63,788 nucleotides of DNA, filler included, from Octopus bimaculoides (GCF_001194135.2; 7 parts of 5 records of this genome joined end to end with filler, not necessarily neighbours in it), one strand, 5' to 3'; counted from the first letter of the whole stretch, positions 1 through 13,701 are shown. Numbers and translations: made by a program. Notes: a model not told the origin generated them from the sequence alone.

Positions 1-49
1 TATATAAATTGTAAATCCAAAAAATAACAACAAAACTACAAAGGATTCC

Positions 50-126
50 GCGGTACACGTGTTTCAAGCTTTACATGTGTATAATATAATGTGTATAATT
101 TACAATGTAAAGCTATCCTCAGCCGC
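50..126 (-). ncRNA. Type I hammerhead ribozyme (canonical CUGAGGA core)
   Basis: Minus strand reads GCGG-CUGAGGA-U-AGCUUUACA...UGUAAAGCU-U-GAAAC-ACGU-GUA|CCGC. Helix I is GCGG/CCGC, helix II is 9 bp, helix III is AC/GU with palindrome ACACGUGU, and the cleavage triplet is GUA. Confidence 0.85.
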
Positions 127-775
127 AAAATTATTTCTCTCCCAGGAAATTATACCAACTCGGCGTTGAAGTAGGAAGAAAGGTGTGATGTAAGAGGTGA
201 AGATCCTTTCGGTATTCTGTATAGTACTATACACAAACATGCACATGGACACACACACAATGCACCGAACACTGGTGGAGTCTATCTGAATAGTTAAATT
301 TGTTTTTGGGTAAATGGAAACTGCACAAAAGCCCGTCGAGTGGATTGTACTTATTATTCAAAGTTAGGACCTTGTCTCACAAGTTAATTCTGCCTACGAA
401 TTACATAAAGGGTTCACGTATCTGCGGAATACTCAACCAGTAATTCAGTTGATTGAACAAATGAATCCTCCTCGTTAAACGATGCAGAACCATCACGACC
501 ACCACGCCCTCAACTACCACCATTAACGCATACATCAACAAATACAAAGCGCACGGACTCAGAGAATCAGACGCACGTAAACACAGATTTCCGGATATTA
601 AAAAAGAAAAAAAGGAAACACCCACCCCAACATCACAGACAGATGCAGACACCCAAGAGAAATGAAAATGGATGCAACTGCGTCTCTTTTTCTGGGTTCT
701 GGAAAACGGTTTGAAATTGCTCCACCTCAGAAAGGAGAAAGTATATTAGTATATGTGTCTCGTGTATAGCCTCTT

Positions 776-858
776 CTTCTTCTTCTTCTTCTTCTTCTTC
801 TTCTTCTTCTTCTTCTTCTTCTTCTTCTTCTTCTTCTACTGCTGCTGCTGCTGCTGCC

Positions 859-890
<32 letters not shown>

Positions 891-903
891 TGCTACCACC
901 ACC
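776..903. repeat. Compound (CTT)n/(CTG)n/(CTA)n microsatellite at a gap edge
   Basis: Visible trinucleotide runs. Confidence 0.95.
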
Positions 904-1552
904 ANNNNNNNNNNNNNNNNNNNNNNNNNNNNNNNNNNNNNNNNNNNNNNNNNNNNNNNNNNNNNNNNNNNNNNNNNNNNNNNNNNNNNNNNNNNNNNNN
1001 NNNNNNNNNNNNNNNNNNNNNNNNNNNNNNNNNNNNNNNNNNNNNNNNNNNNNNNNNNNNNNNNNNNNNNNNNNNNNNNNNNNNNNNNNNNNNNNNNNNN
1101 NNNNNNNNNNNNNNNNNNNNNNNNNNNNNNNNNNNNNNNNNNNNNNNNNNNNNNNNNNNNNNNNNNNNNNNNNNNNNNNNNNNNNNNNNNNNNNNNNNNN
1201 NNNNNNNNNNNNNNNNNNNNNNNNNNNNNNNNNNNNNATTTATTGATGTATGTATGCATATCTATATGCATTTTTTGTGTGTGTGTGTGTAGTTATTATT
1301 TTAAGGGTAAATGTTAGTGAAATGCTGTTCGATTTATCCTAGCTACAATCAAAAGTGAATTTTATTATTCAATCCAATATCACTTTCTTATGTGAGTATT
1401 TGTATAAACCCGACACACGTCACACGTTTTCCTTTCTCCTACTCTAAGAAGACGGATCTAAGCATATAAACAATATTTATGGCTACACAATATACAGTCT
1501 GTAAAATTGTTTGATTACCGGTAAGTATGATCACTCATGAAGCACACATCAA

Positions 1553-1912
<360 letters not shown>

Positions 1913-2099
1913 ATGTGTGTGTGTTTGTGTACGTATGTGTGTCTGTGTGTAAGTGTGTATACAACGAAGACAGAACTATGGGAAAACCATAACACCGAGC
2001 AACATAAACATGAACAATGTGTCATCGGACCAAATGGCAAACCAAAGAGGTAACTCTGTTTTTACTAACTTATCTAGAAAATATGAAAGCCGACCTAAT

Positions 2100-3080
2100 C
2101 CAGGAGATCCAACGAGTTATCAGCAGCCGTATATGCAAACATAAGGAACACACACCCACCATCAACTAGAACATCATTTCACACACACAGCTCCATACAT
2201 AATTGTCAAATGTTGGAATCCGTGGAAAACTATTACACTGGATTGAGTGTTTCCTGGGGAACAGAACACAACATGCTGTGTTCGGTGGAATCCACTGAAG
2301 CCCAGCAAAAGTCACCAGTGGTGTGCCTCAGTGGACTGTCTTGGCCTGCTTCTCTTTATAGTCTATATAAACGACCTTTCCAGCGTCATAAAACACAGCA
2401 AAGTAAAAATATTCGCTGATGACTCCAAGCTCCAGAAAATGTTCAATGGAAAAGAAGACCAAACTGAACTCCAGTCTGATCTACATGCTGTGAGTCAATG
2501 GGCAAGCAAAAACAAAATGCAACTAAACAGGGGAAAATTTGAACTGATGCACTTTAGAAGAAATACTCTGCTAAAACAGTCATACTCTCTTCCTTCCGGG
2601 CGACTACTCACAGCATCTAATGCTATCAGAGACCTATTGTTAACAACAGTCTCAGCTAGAGTGTCCACATCAACAATAAATCGATATGACACGTAGGATG
2701 AGCTCCTGGATTCTATGAACCTTCTGGTCCAGATAGCAAGGTGTCATTATTCATCTTTTCTGCTTCATTGTACGGCAACACCTCGAATACTGCTGCCCCC
2801 TGTGGTCTTCCATACAAAACAAAACATTTCGAAAATTGAATCACTCCAGAGAACAATTACTAAAGGCATGACTGATTTTGATTATTGGATGGCTTAAAGC
2901 ATTGAAACTTTATTCTCTCCAGCGCCGCTGCGAGCAATACATCATTCGCACGATGCGGAGAATATACCATCAGCATTACCCAAACGACCTCAACATCAGC
3001 TTCAAAATTCATCTAAGGCTAGGACCAAGGGCCACACATCCCCTACCCAGAAAGAAACGGAAGCATGCGTCGGATATCGT
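2100..3080 (+). mobile_element. CR1/L2-group LINE reverse-transcriptase relic, frameshifted
   Basis: ORF 2247-2696 has LGLLLFIVYINDL and IFADDSKL (RT YADD-like), then LQSDLHAVSQWASKNKMQLN..K. Further degraded C-terminal coding follows to ~3060. Confidence 0.85.
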
Positions 3081-4427
3081 AATTTTAAATATGCTGTACA
3101 TGATTAGAACGATTTTGAGGATACTTTCGTTGTTACTGAGTTGGTTTGGGTTTAGACAAGAAGGTTACATAACAGTAAAATCTTATAACACGCTTTTATA
3201 CATATTTTTCGTTAGCTATCTCTTAGTTTGCTTCTTAATTATCTTAACCATCATAAATTTGCTTTATTGATACACAGGTACACCAGACAGATTGGTAATG
3301 TAATGATGCTTACAGCCTAATTTTAGATGTAAATATTTGCAGACGATACATAAATGAATTTTCTTTGAATTATAAAATGGGCTTGGTAATAACATTAGTC
3401 AAAGTTTGTATAATGTATGTGAATGTGATCTTCAGTTCGTTCATCCTATGATTCACTAAGGTGATGCTAAAGCAGACGAAATCGATTTACGTAGAAAAAC
3501 ACTTATAGAAAGCAGCCAGGAGAGTAGAGACACTTGAAAACGTTACCTTTCATATTTTTGCGTTCAATAAAATAGTAATTTATACTATATATAAAAAGTT
3601 CTAATTCATCCTTAATATATTTCCTTCTATAAAAGGGCAATTTTGCATCTGTATAACAAATAAAGGTAAAAGGAACCAGAGACATATAACTGCCTGAAAA
3701 ACAAGACTGTCGGACGAAGTGGTTTATAGTATTTACTGCGTCTAAATTGGCTCAAATAGACCTCTGGGGGCATATTTTATTTGCTATCTTTCTATTGTCG
3801 ATAAAATAAGTAGATTATTTTGACTCCTTCCCTGCTTTCTAGAATCTCTCCTGTTTAACTAACAAAATCAATAAAAGAGGATATAAACAGTAATTGCTGT
3901 CGTAAGAAACAACACACAGTACTATAAAAATCACTTTAAACTGAAATCGTATCTCATAAAACAAAACAAAAGAAAACAACTTTAAATAAAACTTTGACGA
4001 AGTTTACGAGATGTACTTCGCTAAGAGCGGAAACGAAAAGTAATCAATAATAACAGTATTGTCTTTTATTTTCGGATCATTCTCTATATATGGCGTCACT
4101 TTCTTCTGTTAATTTGAACAAATATGTTTTTGTAGAAAAATAGAAGTTATGAATGAGACTGAAAGAAATGGTCTTTTTGTGTTCAGTAGTCTTTTTTTTC
4201 TCCTTCTCTTGTTCATTATAACTCTCTTTTCAGTCAATGGCTGCAAAAACATTACGAATGACTGAAGCAGAGTGCAATAAAAATACACATTATTCGTTTT
4301 CAAGTATGTTTGAAGTAGGTTTCATAAAATATATATTATGAAATAGTATTGTTGAAAGGAGACTTTGTGTGTGTGTCTATGTGTATGTATGCATATACAT
4401 ACACACGTACATACATACAGACTTACA

Positions 4428-4467
<40 letters not shown>

Positions 4468-4538
4468 NNNNNNNNNNNNNNNNNNNNNNNNNNNNNNNNN
4501 NNNNNNNNNNNNNNNNNNNNNNNNNNNNNNNNNNNNNN

Positions 4539-4583
<45 letters not shown>

Positions 4584-4642
4584 ATCTACGTATATGTATA
4601 TGTATGTATGTATATGTTTAGGTATATAAGCACATATATATA

Positions 4643-5104
4643 CAGGGTGTAATGGGTAATTGTCGCCAGTTAAAATTTTTAATTTCGCGCATGCGCATTG
4701 TTTGTATTTGATTTTCTTGACAACTCAGTATAGTTGTGCACTGTCTGTGAGAAAAACAGTGCCATGACGAAATTGACTCTACCAGAAATTTGGAAACGAC
4801 ATGCTGTACTGTTTGGCGTTCGCGCCGGAAGCTCCAATACGAATATTTCAGAGTGTTCGGGTGTCAACCTGAGGACAGTGTAGAGGATTCGGAAAGAGTT
4901 GGAAGAGTCTAATGGTTATTACGAAGGTACGGAAGCTCGGAAAAGTCACTCTGATCGTTCTGATAAGAAAAGAACTCCTGAATTTGTTGGTGAGATTCAG
5001 GCCATGATTGACAACGATCCCTCAAAGTCAATCAGGTCCATCACCAAGTACAGGGGAGTATCTGAGTTTCTTGTGAGGCAGATAGTGCATGGAGACATTC
5101 GGTA
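4643..5104 (+). mobile_element. Tc1/mariner DD37D (maT)-type 5' fragment
   Basis: TA then CAGGGTG TIR start. The HTH region RTPEFVGEIQAMIDNDPSKSIRSI is homologous to the fuller copy at 53398-55453. Confidence 0.8.
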
Positions 5105-6020
5105 AAAACTTTTGACATCTGCTATCCAAAACATCAGTATGTATCGACGATGCTATCAACCAAACAGAACCAACCATATATTATATTATTGCTATCGAAT
5201 TTAACATCGATGAATGGAATAATTCTATCTCCGCCAATAGATTTTACGGGTCTGGAATATTACATCTTGTAATATCGGTTTTTTCATCTCAGTGGCGTGC
5301 CGCAGTATCCAAGAACTTAGACTACGAACCGGTTTCATTTCTCACTGGAGGTCATTTGAGGCTATATACTAACATCATTGAGCAAGAACTAGATGTGCCA
5401 ATATCAAATCATTCTACAAAAGATACTATTTAAAGAAATGTATAACATGACGCTAGACTAACAATGACGGTAGCAGGATGAAAGGTAAATCCACCAAATC
5501 ACTATTATGTATGATAAGCACACATTTCAGATAACAATACGCAGATAAAAAGCGAAGCGAGAAAAATTTAATGCAATAGGAAATGCTTGGAAAGACAATG
5601 CGGGTACACTAATGAATCCTATGAAAGAGAAATGATGTGTAGTCTACGTGAAAGCACTGCAAACTATTGGTGAGAATACAACGTAAAAAGTGGCCATCTG
5701 TAAGCTATTAGTGTCTTGTACAGAGACACATTGCCTCCGTAAAAACGTGATGTAAAATTTCTTTCCGGATATCCCAAAACTTCAATATTAAGAAATACTT
5801 TTGGAGCTGTACAAAAATAGAAACTAGACTATACACACGCATTCATTGAAGATAGGGAGCCCTAGTCACAACCATCTATTACAGTGTGATAAGAATAAGG
5901 ATACAAAATGACCAAAACCAACCCTGTCTATAAATACAAGTATTTATATGTTGGCAACAACAAAAAGAAGCATAATAAACAAAGAAATAGCTAAACACCA
6001 AGGCTGTAATATATCACCAG

Positions 6021-6168
6021 ATCACAAACTATAAAGATGTAACATAACAGATCCCGAGCTATGGAGATGTAACATGACAGATCACAAACTGTAGAGATGT
6101 AACATGATAGATCACAGACTATAGAGATGTAGCATGACATCACAAACTATAGAAATGTAACATAACAG
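6021..6168. repeat. 30-bp minisatellite, 5 units (consensus about ATCACAAACTATAGAGATGTAACATGACAG)
   Basis: Units start at 6021, 6051, 6081, 6111, 6139. Confidence 0.9.
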
Positions 6169-6318
6169 AATAAAACTAGTTGAAAAACTAAAGCAGTTGA
6201 AAATAGATAGCCATCTAGAGGATTACTGGGTTAGTGTAGAGAGACAAAAATGTTTTGGAAATTTAGATGAACATAAAAATGCAGACGAACAACAATCGCA
6301 GGATTTATTCTTTTGACA

Positions 6319-6740
6319 AGGCGGTGAGCTGGCAGACACGTTAGCACACCGGGAGAAATGTTTAGCGGTATTTCGTCTGTCTTTACGTTCTGAGTTCAAA
6401 TTTCGCCGAGGTCGACTTTGCCTTTCATCCTTTCGGGTCGATAAATTAAGTACCAGTTGCGTACTGGGGCTCGATCTAATCGACTGTCTCTCCCCTCTCC
6501 CCAAAAGTGCTTGCCTTGTGCCTAGAGTAGAAACGAATTTATTATTATGGCTCTTTACAAAGGGGTGTGCTGGAAGAATCGTTAGCACATTGGCCAAAAC
6601 GCTTAGCAGCATTTATTCTGACTACCTTGCCTTTCATCCTTTCGGTGACGATTAATAAAGTACCAGTTGAACTCTGGGGTCACAGTAAACGACTTATCCC
6701 CGCTCCTGAAATTGCTGACGTTGTGCCAGAATTTGAAATC
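6319..6740 (+). mobile_element. Two tandem copies of tRNA-derived SINE family A
   Basis: Head GGCGGTGAGCTGGCAGA..TTAGC (A box), GAGTTCAAAT (B box), central GCCTTTCATCCTTTCGGGTCGATAAATTAAGTACCAG. The same family recurs many times in the window. Confidence 0.85.
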
Positions 6741-6774
6741 TTTATCATCATCGTCATCATTGTCATTATTATTA

Positions 6775-6930
6775 TATGATGAAAACCCTGCGCTTATTTT
6801 GTTGGGCATTATGGAAAGTATCAGCTGCCCCTAGCTAGCATCCTAAGGTGACACTTGTTTGCTGACTATGCATCAAGAACCCTGCAGAGAACTCTTGCAG
6901 TTCCAATCAATGTGGACTTTTTAGGAGTTT
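6775..6930 (-). mobile_element. R4/Dong-like (RLE) LINE extreme 3' end in a TAA/CAT repeat
   Basis: Minus strand encodes KSTLIGTARVLCRVLDA*, the typical RLE-LINE C-terminus; flanked by (TAA)n. Confidence 0.7.
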
Positions 6931-7093
6931 ATTATTATTATCATCATTCTGCTGCGGTCGACTTTCCCGTTCATCCTTTTGGGGCTTGATAAAACAAGTA
7001 CTAGTTGAGCAGGGGACAATGTAATTGAATTACCCCTCCGTCAATTACTGGCCCCATGCTAAATTTTGAATCCATTATTATTATTATTATTAC

Positions 7094-7156
<63 letters not shown>

Positions 7157-7326
7157 TATTATTATTATTATCATTATCCTCATAATCATCATCATCATCA
7201 TCATTATAATAATAATAATAATTATTATTATTATCATTATTATCATTGATTTATGCCTTTGCTTTTGTTATCGTTAAATATTTTTTTTATGCCAGCCTAG
7301 AATATTGCACACACATATATATATAA

Positions 7327-7580
7327 GGGCCCGCCATTGTTCAACATCCTTCCAGGCAACCTTAGAGATCTTATTGGTGTGGATGTGGAAGTTTTCAAGG
7401 AAAGTCTGAACAGGTTTCTGTCTGAGATACCAGATGAACCCATATCGTGGCAGGAGACGCATAGAAGAGCAACTCCCTACTTCACCAAAAACAATATCGG
7501 AAACAACACCGAGTAACTACAGATGGTGCACCAGCATGACCTCAGCCCTGGGCTAAAACCAGTAAAAAATAAAAGATAAA
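7327..7580 (+). mobile_element. CR1/L2-group LINE 3' end
   Basis: GPPLFNILPGNLRDLIGVDVEVFKESLNRFLSEIPDEP, then a 3' tail GGTGCACCAGCATGACC...AAAACCAGTAAAAA. Confidence 0.75.
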
Positions 7581-8029
7581 AGATATATGATCTGAAAATA
7601 TATCATTACCTAATTTTATATCGTTTGATAATAAATCATTAGTTATTGAGCATAACATCTCTAATTACGATGGGAGACATAATTAAATATCGTTTATACC
7701 ATCATTAAATATCTATATCGTCACTAATAGCGTAATGTCAAACGCCGCGAAATGTATTTTGCTGTTATTGGAAGCGATATCTAGCGATGCCCCCTGCGTA
7801 GCGTATTAAATTAATATGAGGTAAAATTAGTCCGTATATATAATATCTATCATATCTTGCTAACACGTTAAAATCTCTCTTGTTGATTTGTTAGCTCATC
7901 GTTCATTTAGACATACATAAGAGGCTACACTTATGTTGTTGATCCCGAGAGGCTGAAAGGCAACGACAACCATGGCCTCATTTGAACTCAGACACAAAAT
8001 GCCACAAGCTGATTTTATTGCATGCTAAA

Positions 8030-8285
8030 GATTCTTTTACTCTTTTACGTGTTTCAGTCATTTGACTGTGGCCATGCTGGAGCACCACCTTTAGTTGAGG
8101 AAATCAACCCCAGGACTTATTCTTTGTAAGCCTGGTACTTATTCTATCGGTCTCTTTTGCCGAACCGCTAAGTTACAGGGACATAAACACACCAGCATCG
8201 GTTGTCAAGCGATGTTGGGGGGGGGGACAAACACAGACACACAAACATATACACACATATACATATATATATATATACATATATA
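8030..8285 (-). mobile_element. SINE family B (CORE/OR2-like) 3' half
   Basis: Reverse complement of ...TAACTTAGCGGTTCGGCAAAAGAGACCGATAGAATAAGTACC...GGTGCTCCAGCATGGCCACAGTCAAATGACTGAAAC; multi-copy in the window. Confidence 0.85.
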
Positions 8286-8827
8286 NNNNNNNNNNNNNNN
8301 NNNNNNNNNNNNNNNNNNNNNNNNNNNNNNNNNNNNNNNNNNNNNNNNNNNNNNNNNNNNNNNNNNNNNNNNNNNNNNNNNNNNNNNNNNNNNNNNNNNN
8401 NNNNNNNNNNNNNNNNNNNNNNNNNNNNNNNNNNNNNNNNNNNNNNNNNNNNNNNNNNNNNNNNNNNNNNNNNNNNNNNNNNNNNNNNNNNNNNNNNNNN
8501 NNNNNNNNNNNNNNNNNNNNNNNNNNNNNNNNNNNNNNNNNNNNNNNNNNNNNNNNNNNNNNNNNNNNNNNNNNNNNNNNNNNNNNNNNNNNNNNNNNNN
8601 NNNNNNNNNNNNNNNNNNNNNNNNNNNNNNNNNNNNNNNNNNNNNNNNNNNNNNNNNNNNNNNNNNNNNNNNNNNNNNNNNNNNNNNNNNNNNNNNNNNN
8701 NNNNNNNNNNNNNNNNNNNNNNNNNNNNNNNNNNNNNNNNNNNNNNNNNNNNNNNNNNNNNNNNNNNNNNNNNNNNNNNNNNNNNNNNNNNNNNNNNNNN
8801 NNNNNNNNNNNNNNNNNNNNNNNNNNN

Positions 8828-9115
8828 NGCACTGGGTCGATATAATCGACTTAATCCCTTTGTCTGTCTTTGTTTGTCCCTTCCATGTTTAGCCCCTTGT
8901 GGGGAATAAAGAAATAAGAAACGTTAGCACGCCGGGCGAAATGCTTAGCGGTATTTCGTATGTCTTTACGTTCTGAGTTCAAATTTCGCTGAGGTCGACT
9001 TCGCTTTTCATCCTTTCGGAGTCGATAAATTAAGTACCAGTTGTGTACTGAGGTCGATCTAATCGACTGCCCCCCTCCCCCAAAATTTCGGGCCTTCTGC
9101 CAAGAGTATAAAAGA
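8828..9115 (+). mobile_element. SINE family A (partial plus near-complete copy)
   Basis: Same body as 6319-6537. Confidence 0.85.
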
Positions 9116-10904
9116 GCATTATTCTGCCCCGGTAGACTTTCCCTTTCATGGTTTTGGGGTTGATCGCCAGTACTCCTCCCCTTCTCTTCATCTATGTCGC
9201 TCTCTTCTTGAGTTCCTTTCATTCTCAGTTTCTTTGTCTATTCGACTATTCCAGAGAAAGATGGAGTGAGAGAGAGAAAAAGAAAGCGATAAAAGAGAGG
9301 GAAGGAGGTAGAGAGAGACTGGGTGTAAAAGATTAAAGATAGAGTGAAGGAGGAAGAATAAATATAAGATTGACGTCACACAAACAGATTTCCGATACTT
9401 TTGTATACTAACATTTCCACTTTAAGATTCTAACTTTTTGCGTTTCTACTTCTTACAAATAGTATGCCATTCCAGTTGATTTTCTTCTTCGTCGCCCTTC
9501 TTGAAAGACAGCAGAATTTAGTATAAAGGATACTTGGTTGTTTTTTCTCAAAATATGCTACAATATTTTTCCATGTAAGATGGTGAATAATAATATATAT
9601 GTTTCTTTGAATGTTCGTTTTGTAGCTTTTGTATAAAAGGGAGGCATAAATACAGACGATTCACATTTAGATAGAGAGATTAAGTATTGGGTACGTTGAT
9701 TTCTATCGAAGGCACAAAGCCACCCATTTTAAAGAATGGTATAGCTTTCATCAATACTCTACGTCCTTCACGGGTACTTAATTTATCGAGCCCGACAGAA
9801 TCGATTAAATAAATCCCAACTTTAAATGTTGTATTACAGCATAAGTTAATACACGTGACCATTAAATATCATTGTATATTGTTGCTAAATATCTGTTCAG
9901 TGCTATTTGTATAGAAACATTTATCACGAATGACACATTGCATTTCCGTTTCAGACGTAGTCTATAATAGACTAAGATTTATGGGTTTAATAGACGGCTG
10001 AAGTAAAAGATATTATGTAATATTCATACGTCTTTCAATGTAGTAATAAATTCGTAAATAAGTTGACTAATAATAACGATATGAAAATGGCGAAAATCTC
10101 TACTATTGTCACCTTTCCTAACTAAACAAGTCAAGGCGACTATTTTGCTGAAGTAATAAACCGATAAGCTTGTTAATTTCTCTTCTGAAGATATGAAATT
10201 GAAATTGTAAAGGAGAAAGGGAAAGAGGAAGAGGGATGGGAAGGTTAAGAAATGAGTTCATTGACCACAAAACTTTCAGGGGGTGGTGTTTTGCTAGCAA
10301 GTATGTAATTATTTTAGTAAGTAGTAAGTGATAAGTAATAAGTAAATAGATAATATGTTTAAATAAATAAGTTAATTAAGACATTGAGATGTCAGAGCTT
10401 AGATTTTCAGATAGAATGCTCTGCAGTATTTTTTCTGACATTTTGCTCCAGGAGAATATTTCAAAATAAATTTTTAAAATCTTTATTTCCACTTCGGTAG
10501 AAAAAAGTATGATGAACGGTATTGCAGTTACTTCGTGACAATCTCATTACTTAGATATCAAGTACTATTTTGTTTGTAAAAATAAAATGCGGTCGGGAAA
10601 TTTATCTGGTGTTTTCAGTAGGTTGAGCAACCCTATGTTAGCTCTCTGTTTAACATAATTATCAGTGAACAAATCTTTCTTATTCTCACTCTCTTCCCTT
10701 CTGTTTTACGCTTTCAGTTTATATCTTCAGAGCGGGTGGCTGAACTAACAGGATTTGCTTTTTGCAGATAAAATACTAGTAAATTAATATTGTGCAACTT
10801 TTATTCCTACTAGCCATCACAGCTTAGCCAATGTTTCACTGGCTCAAAGATAGAAGGATCAAAACTTGACTTGTGACTACATGGGAACCTACAGCAAAAA
10901 GAGT

Positions 10905-11160
10905 AAAGAGTAAAGTTCCTTCCCGAGTCATATAGACTCAGAAGAGCCGGTTTACCGGTTTCCACAGCGTATAAATTCCCCACCGGAACGGGACGCCGGT
11001 CCGTCACAGGATGACTCACTTTTGCCAGCTGAATGGACTGGAGCAACAGAGAATGAAGTGTTTTGCTGAAGAATACAACGCGTCGCTTGGTCCAGGATCG
11101 AAACCACAATCTTACGGTCATGAGTCCAGCACCCGAACCACTAAGCCATGTGCCTCCACA
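10905..11160 (-). mobile_element. tRNA-derived SINE family C (short-tail form)
   Basis: Minus strand head GTGGAGGCACATGGCTTAGTGGTT...GTTTCGATCC (A/B boxes), CORE-like body, 3' GGAAACCGGTAAACCGG. Confidence 0.8.
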
Positions 11161-11269
11161 CCCACAGCAATGGGAACCTCAAACAAGCGAAAGCTTGTTC
11201 TATGGCAATACAATGACATATTCGAAAGCGATAGACGGCCCTATTTTTTAATTATATAATTAAGTTCAC

Positions 11270-11766
11270 CTTCAGCATATCATTCACCTAGGCAAGGAAA
11301 CTCGCGCCAATCTCTTCAACAGCACTGTCTTGCCTGAAATGCTATACGCATGTGAGACTTGGGCTTTGGCGAAGAGTGAAGAACAACATCTACTTACAGC
11401 TCAGAGAGCCATGGAAATGTCGATGTAGGGAATCTCACTGAGAGTCACATCCGTAACGAGGTGATCAGGGATAGAACAGGAGTGAAGGACGTCATCGCAG
11501 AATATTACCACGCAAAGCTACGGTGGACAGGTCATGTTGCAAGGTTCACAGACAATCGGTGGAGCCGTGCAGTTACCGAGTGGTACCCGCACGAGCAGAA
11601 GAGATCACTTGGAAGACCTCCAATCAGGTGGGAAGACGATTTAAGAAAGATGTTTGGAACAGCGTGGATGAGGATGGTGAGAGCACGAGAGGAATGGAGA
11701 GAATGCTGTGACCAGCGAAGCTGACTCGGCACTAGACAGCCTGGACGATCCAGGTGATCCAGGTGA
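11270..11766 (+). mobile_element. RTE-clade LINE 3' end
   Basis: TVLPEMLYACETWAL...IRDRTGVKDVIAEYYHAKLRWTGHVARFTDNRWSRAVTEWYP...GRPPIRWEDDL; tail of (GATCCAGGT) repeats. Confidence 0.9.
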
Positions 11767-11854
11767 TAATTAAGTTAGAAAGTAATGAGTTAGCAAGTAT
11801 GTAAAGAAAAAATATGTTAGAATTTATGAAAGAAATATGTATTCAATAACCGGC

Positions 11855-12016
11855 AATCAACCGAACAGCTTGCTCGTAAAATTGACGTGCAAGTGGTTGA
11901 GCACTTCACGGACACATGTACATTTAATGTAATTCCCAGGGAGATTCAGCTTGACACAGAATGTGACAAGGCTGGTCCCATGAAATACAAGTACTACTCA
12001 TTTTTGCCAGCTGAGT
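11855..12016 (-). mobile_element. SINE family C fragment (long-tail form)
   Basis: Homologous to 17351-17600 and 45030-45295. Confidence 0.8.
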
Positions 12017-13636
12017 GTATTTAATATATGTGTAATATATGTATTATGTGCATGTATTTATAAGCTGTAAGTTATTAAGCGTGTAAGTAAGAAATAAGTA
12101 AGTTTGCTGTTAAGTAAAAACATCGTTATTTGCACCTTGTTCAGCGAAATCTGAAACGATTCTCCTATGACGTACACTACATTGAACAACACATATTGCG
12201 TCTGAATCTGCCCAGATATGTTTAGAATAAATACGTAAATATCCGCTCCAGTTCTCGCTGTACATGGCGCAAATAACGATTTTCTATTGATTGGAAGCTG
12301 TAAACATCAATCAGCAAACAATTTGTTCGTTGAAATTATAAACAAAGTCAGAGGCTTCGTTTAAGTTCAGAGTTGCTGTTGCTTCTGGCTGACGAGACAC
12401 AAAGAAACTCCAATGTCTTATAATTCTGTGCCGCAATGAGACAAGAGTGTTGAACACACTGTTGTCGTAAAAGAGTGAAGTTAGTTTCCTATGACGTACA
12501 TTACAACGACCAGTATATTTTGTGTCTGAACATGCCTAGAACCTATACAAATAGTGGTAAGTAGATAAGGATGTAAATTAAGTAAATAATGTGAGTCATA
12601 AGTAATGATTAAGTTACTAGGTAAGTGAATAAAGAAATAAATACGAAAGCAAAATTATTAAGTTAGAAAAGGATTTAGTAAATAAAAAAAGAAATTATGT
12701 TAGAAAATACATCAAGAAGAAAGTAATCACATAAGTTACTACGTGGGTTAGGTAACGAATAAGTTAGTATCTTGATCAAAGATGTAATTTTGCAAATAGT
12801 TACATAATAAATATGAAAGTAAGTTCGAAAGAAAGTATGACAGTAGTAAATGAAGGCAAGCAGCTATAATAAGAAATCAAACAAGGTTCACTAGAAGCTG
12901 ATATCTAATTTCGTAGTGTTCGACACAAATTACACGGATATATCGATAGATTTTGTCGATTTGTAATACTAACGAAATCTAGATAAAACAGATTACATTT
13001 GTGCTCTAGTATAGTAAACCAAAATGAAGTAGTTTTCCTAAAGTAAATTCACTTAGATCACGTGGATATTGCACCAACAACAGAAGCCATTGAAAGCGAT
13101 AACATGTGGGACATATAATTGCTATTACCCTAAAAAAAGATTAACATTTATATCAGTGGTTATTATTATATCTTATGTAATAGTATCCTTGAACAAAAAG
13201 AACAAAAGAAAGTGGATACAAATAGTGTTTACCAAGATGAAACAAATGCAATTAGTATTTACAAACTGAACATTTTAGACAAACAGCTTGAAAGAATGCG
13301 TCTGTGGAAATATATACAATCGACTAAATACGAACCAGCTTTGTTACTCGGCCACCGAAAATTTCGGAATAAAAAACAAGAACAAGACTGAAGTTATTTC
13401 TTTATTGCGAAACTAATAAATAGCAATGAAGTCAACGACAACAGCAACAATAGTAATAATGGTTTTTAAATAATAAGAATGATTATGGGAATAAAAGGTA
13501 AAGAGCTTTAGCGGTAAATAACCATGGAAACTAAAAGCAGACGCATGAAATGCATACACGAACAGAACAAATATCTTTCTAAACAGAACACACACTCCTC
13601 ATAATGAGCGTAGTGTTTATATATATATATATATAT

Positions 13637-13701
<65 letters not shown>

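Noticed and set aside
5320-5375. Minus-strand ...AAUGA...GAAACCGGUU hammerhead-like string
   Set aside because: Core and helices I and II do not form
8030-8075. SINE-B tail AGTCA-AA-TGACT-GAAAC-A(A/C)-GTA resembling half a hammerhead (all family B copies)
   Set aside because: No CUGANGA and no helix I; better explained as the LINE-derived 3' stem-loop
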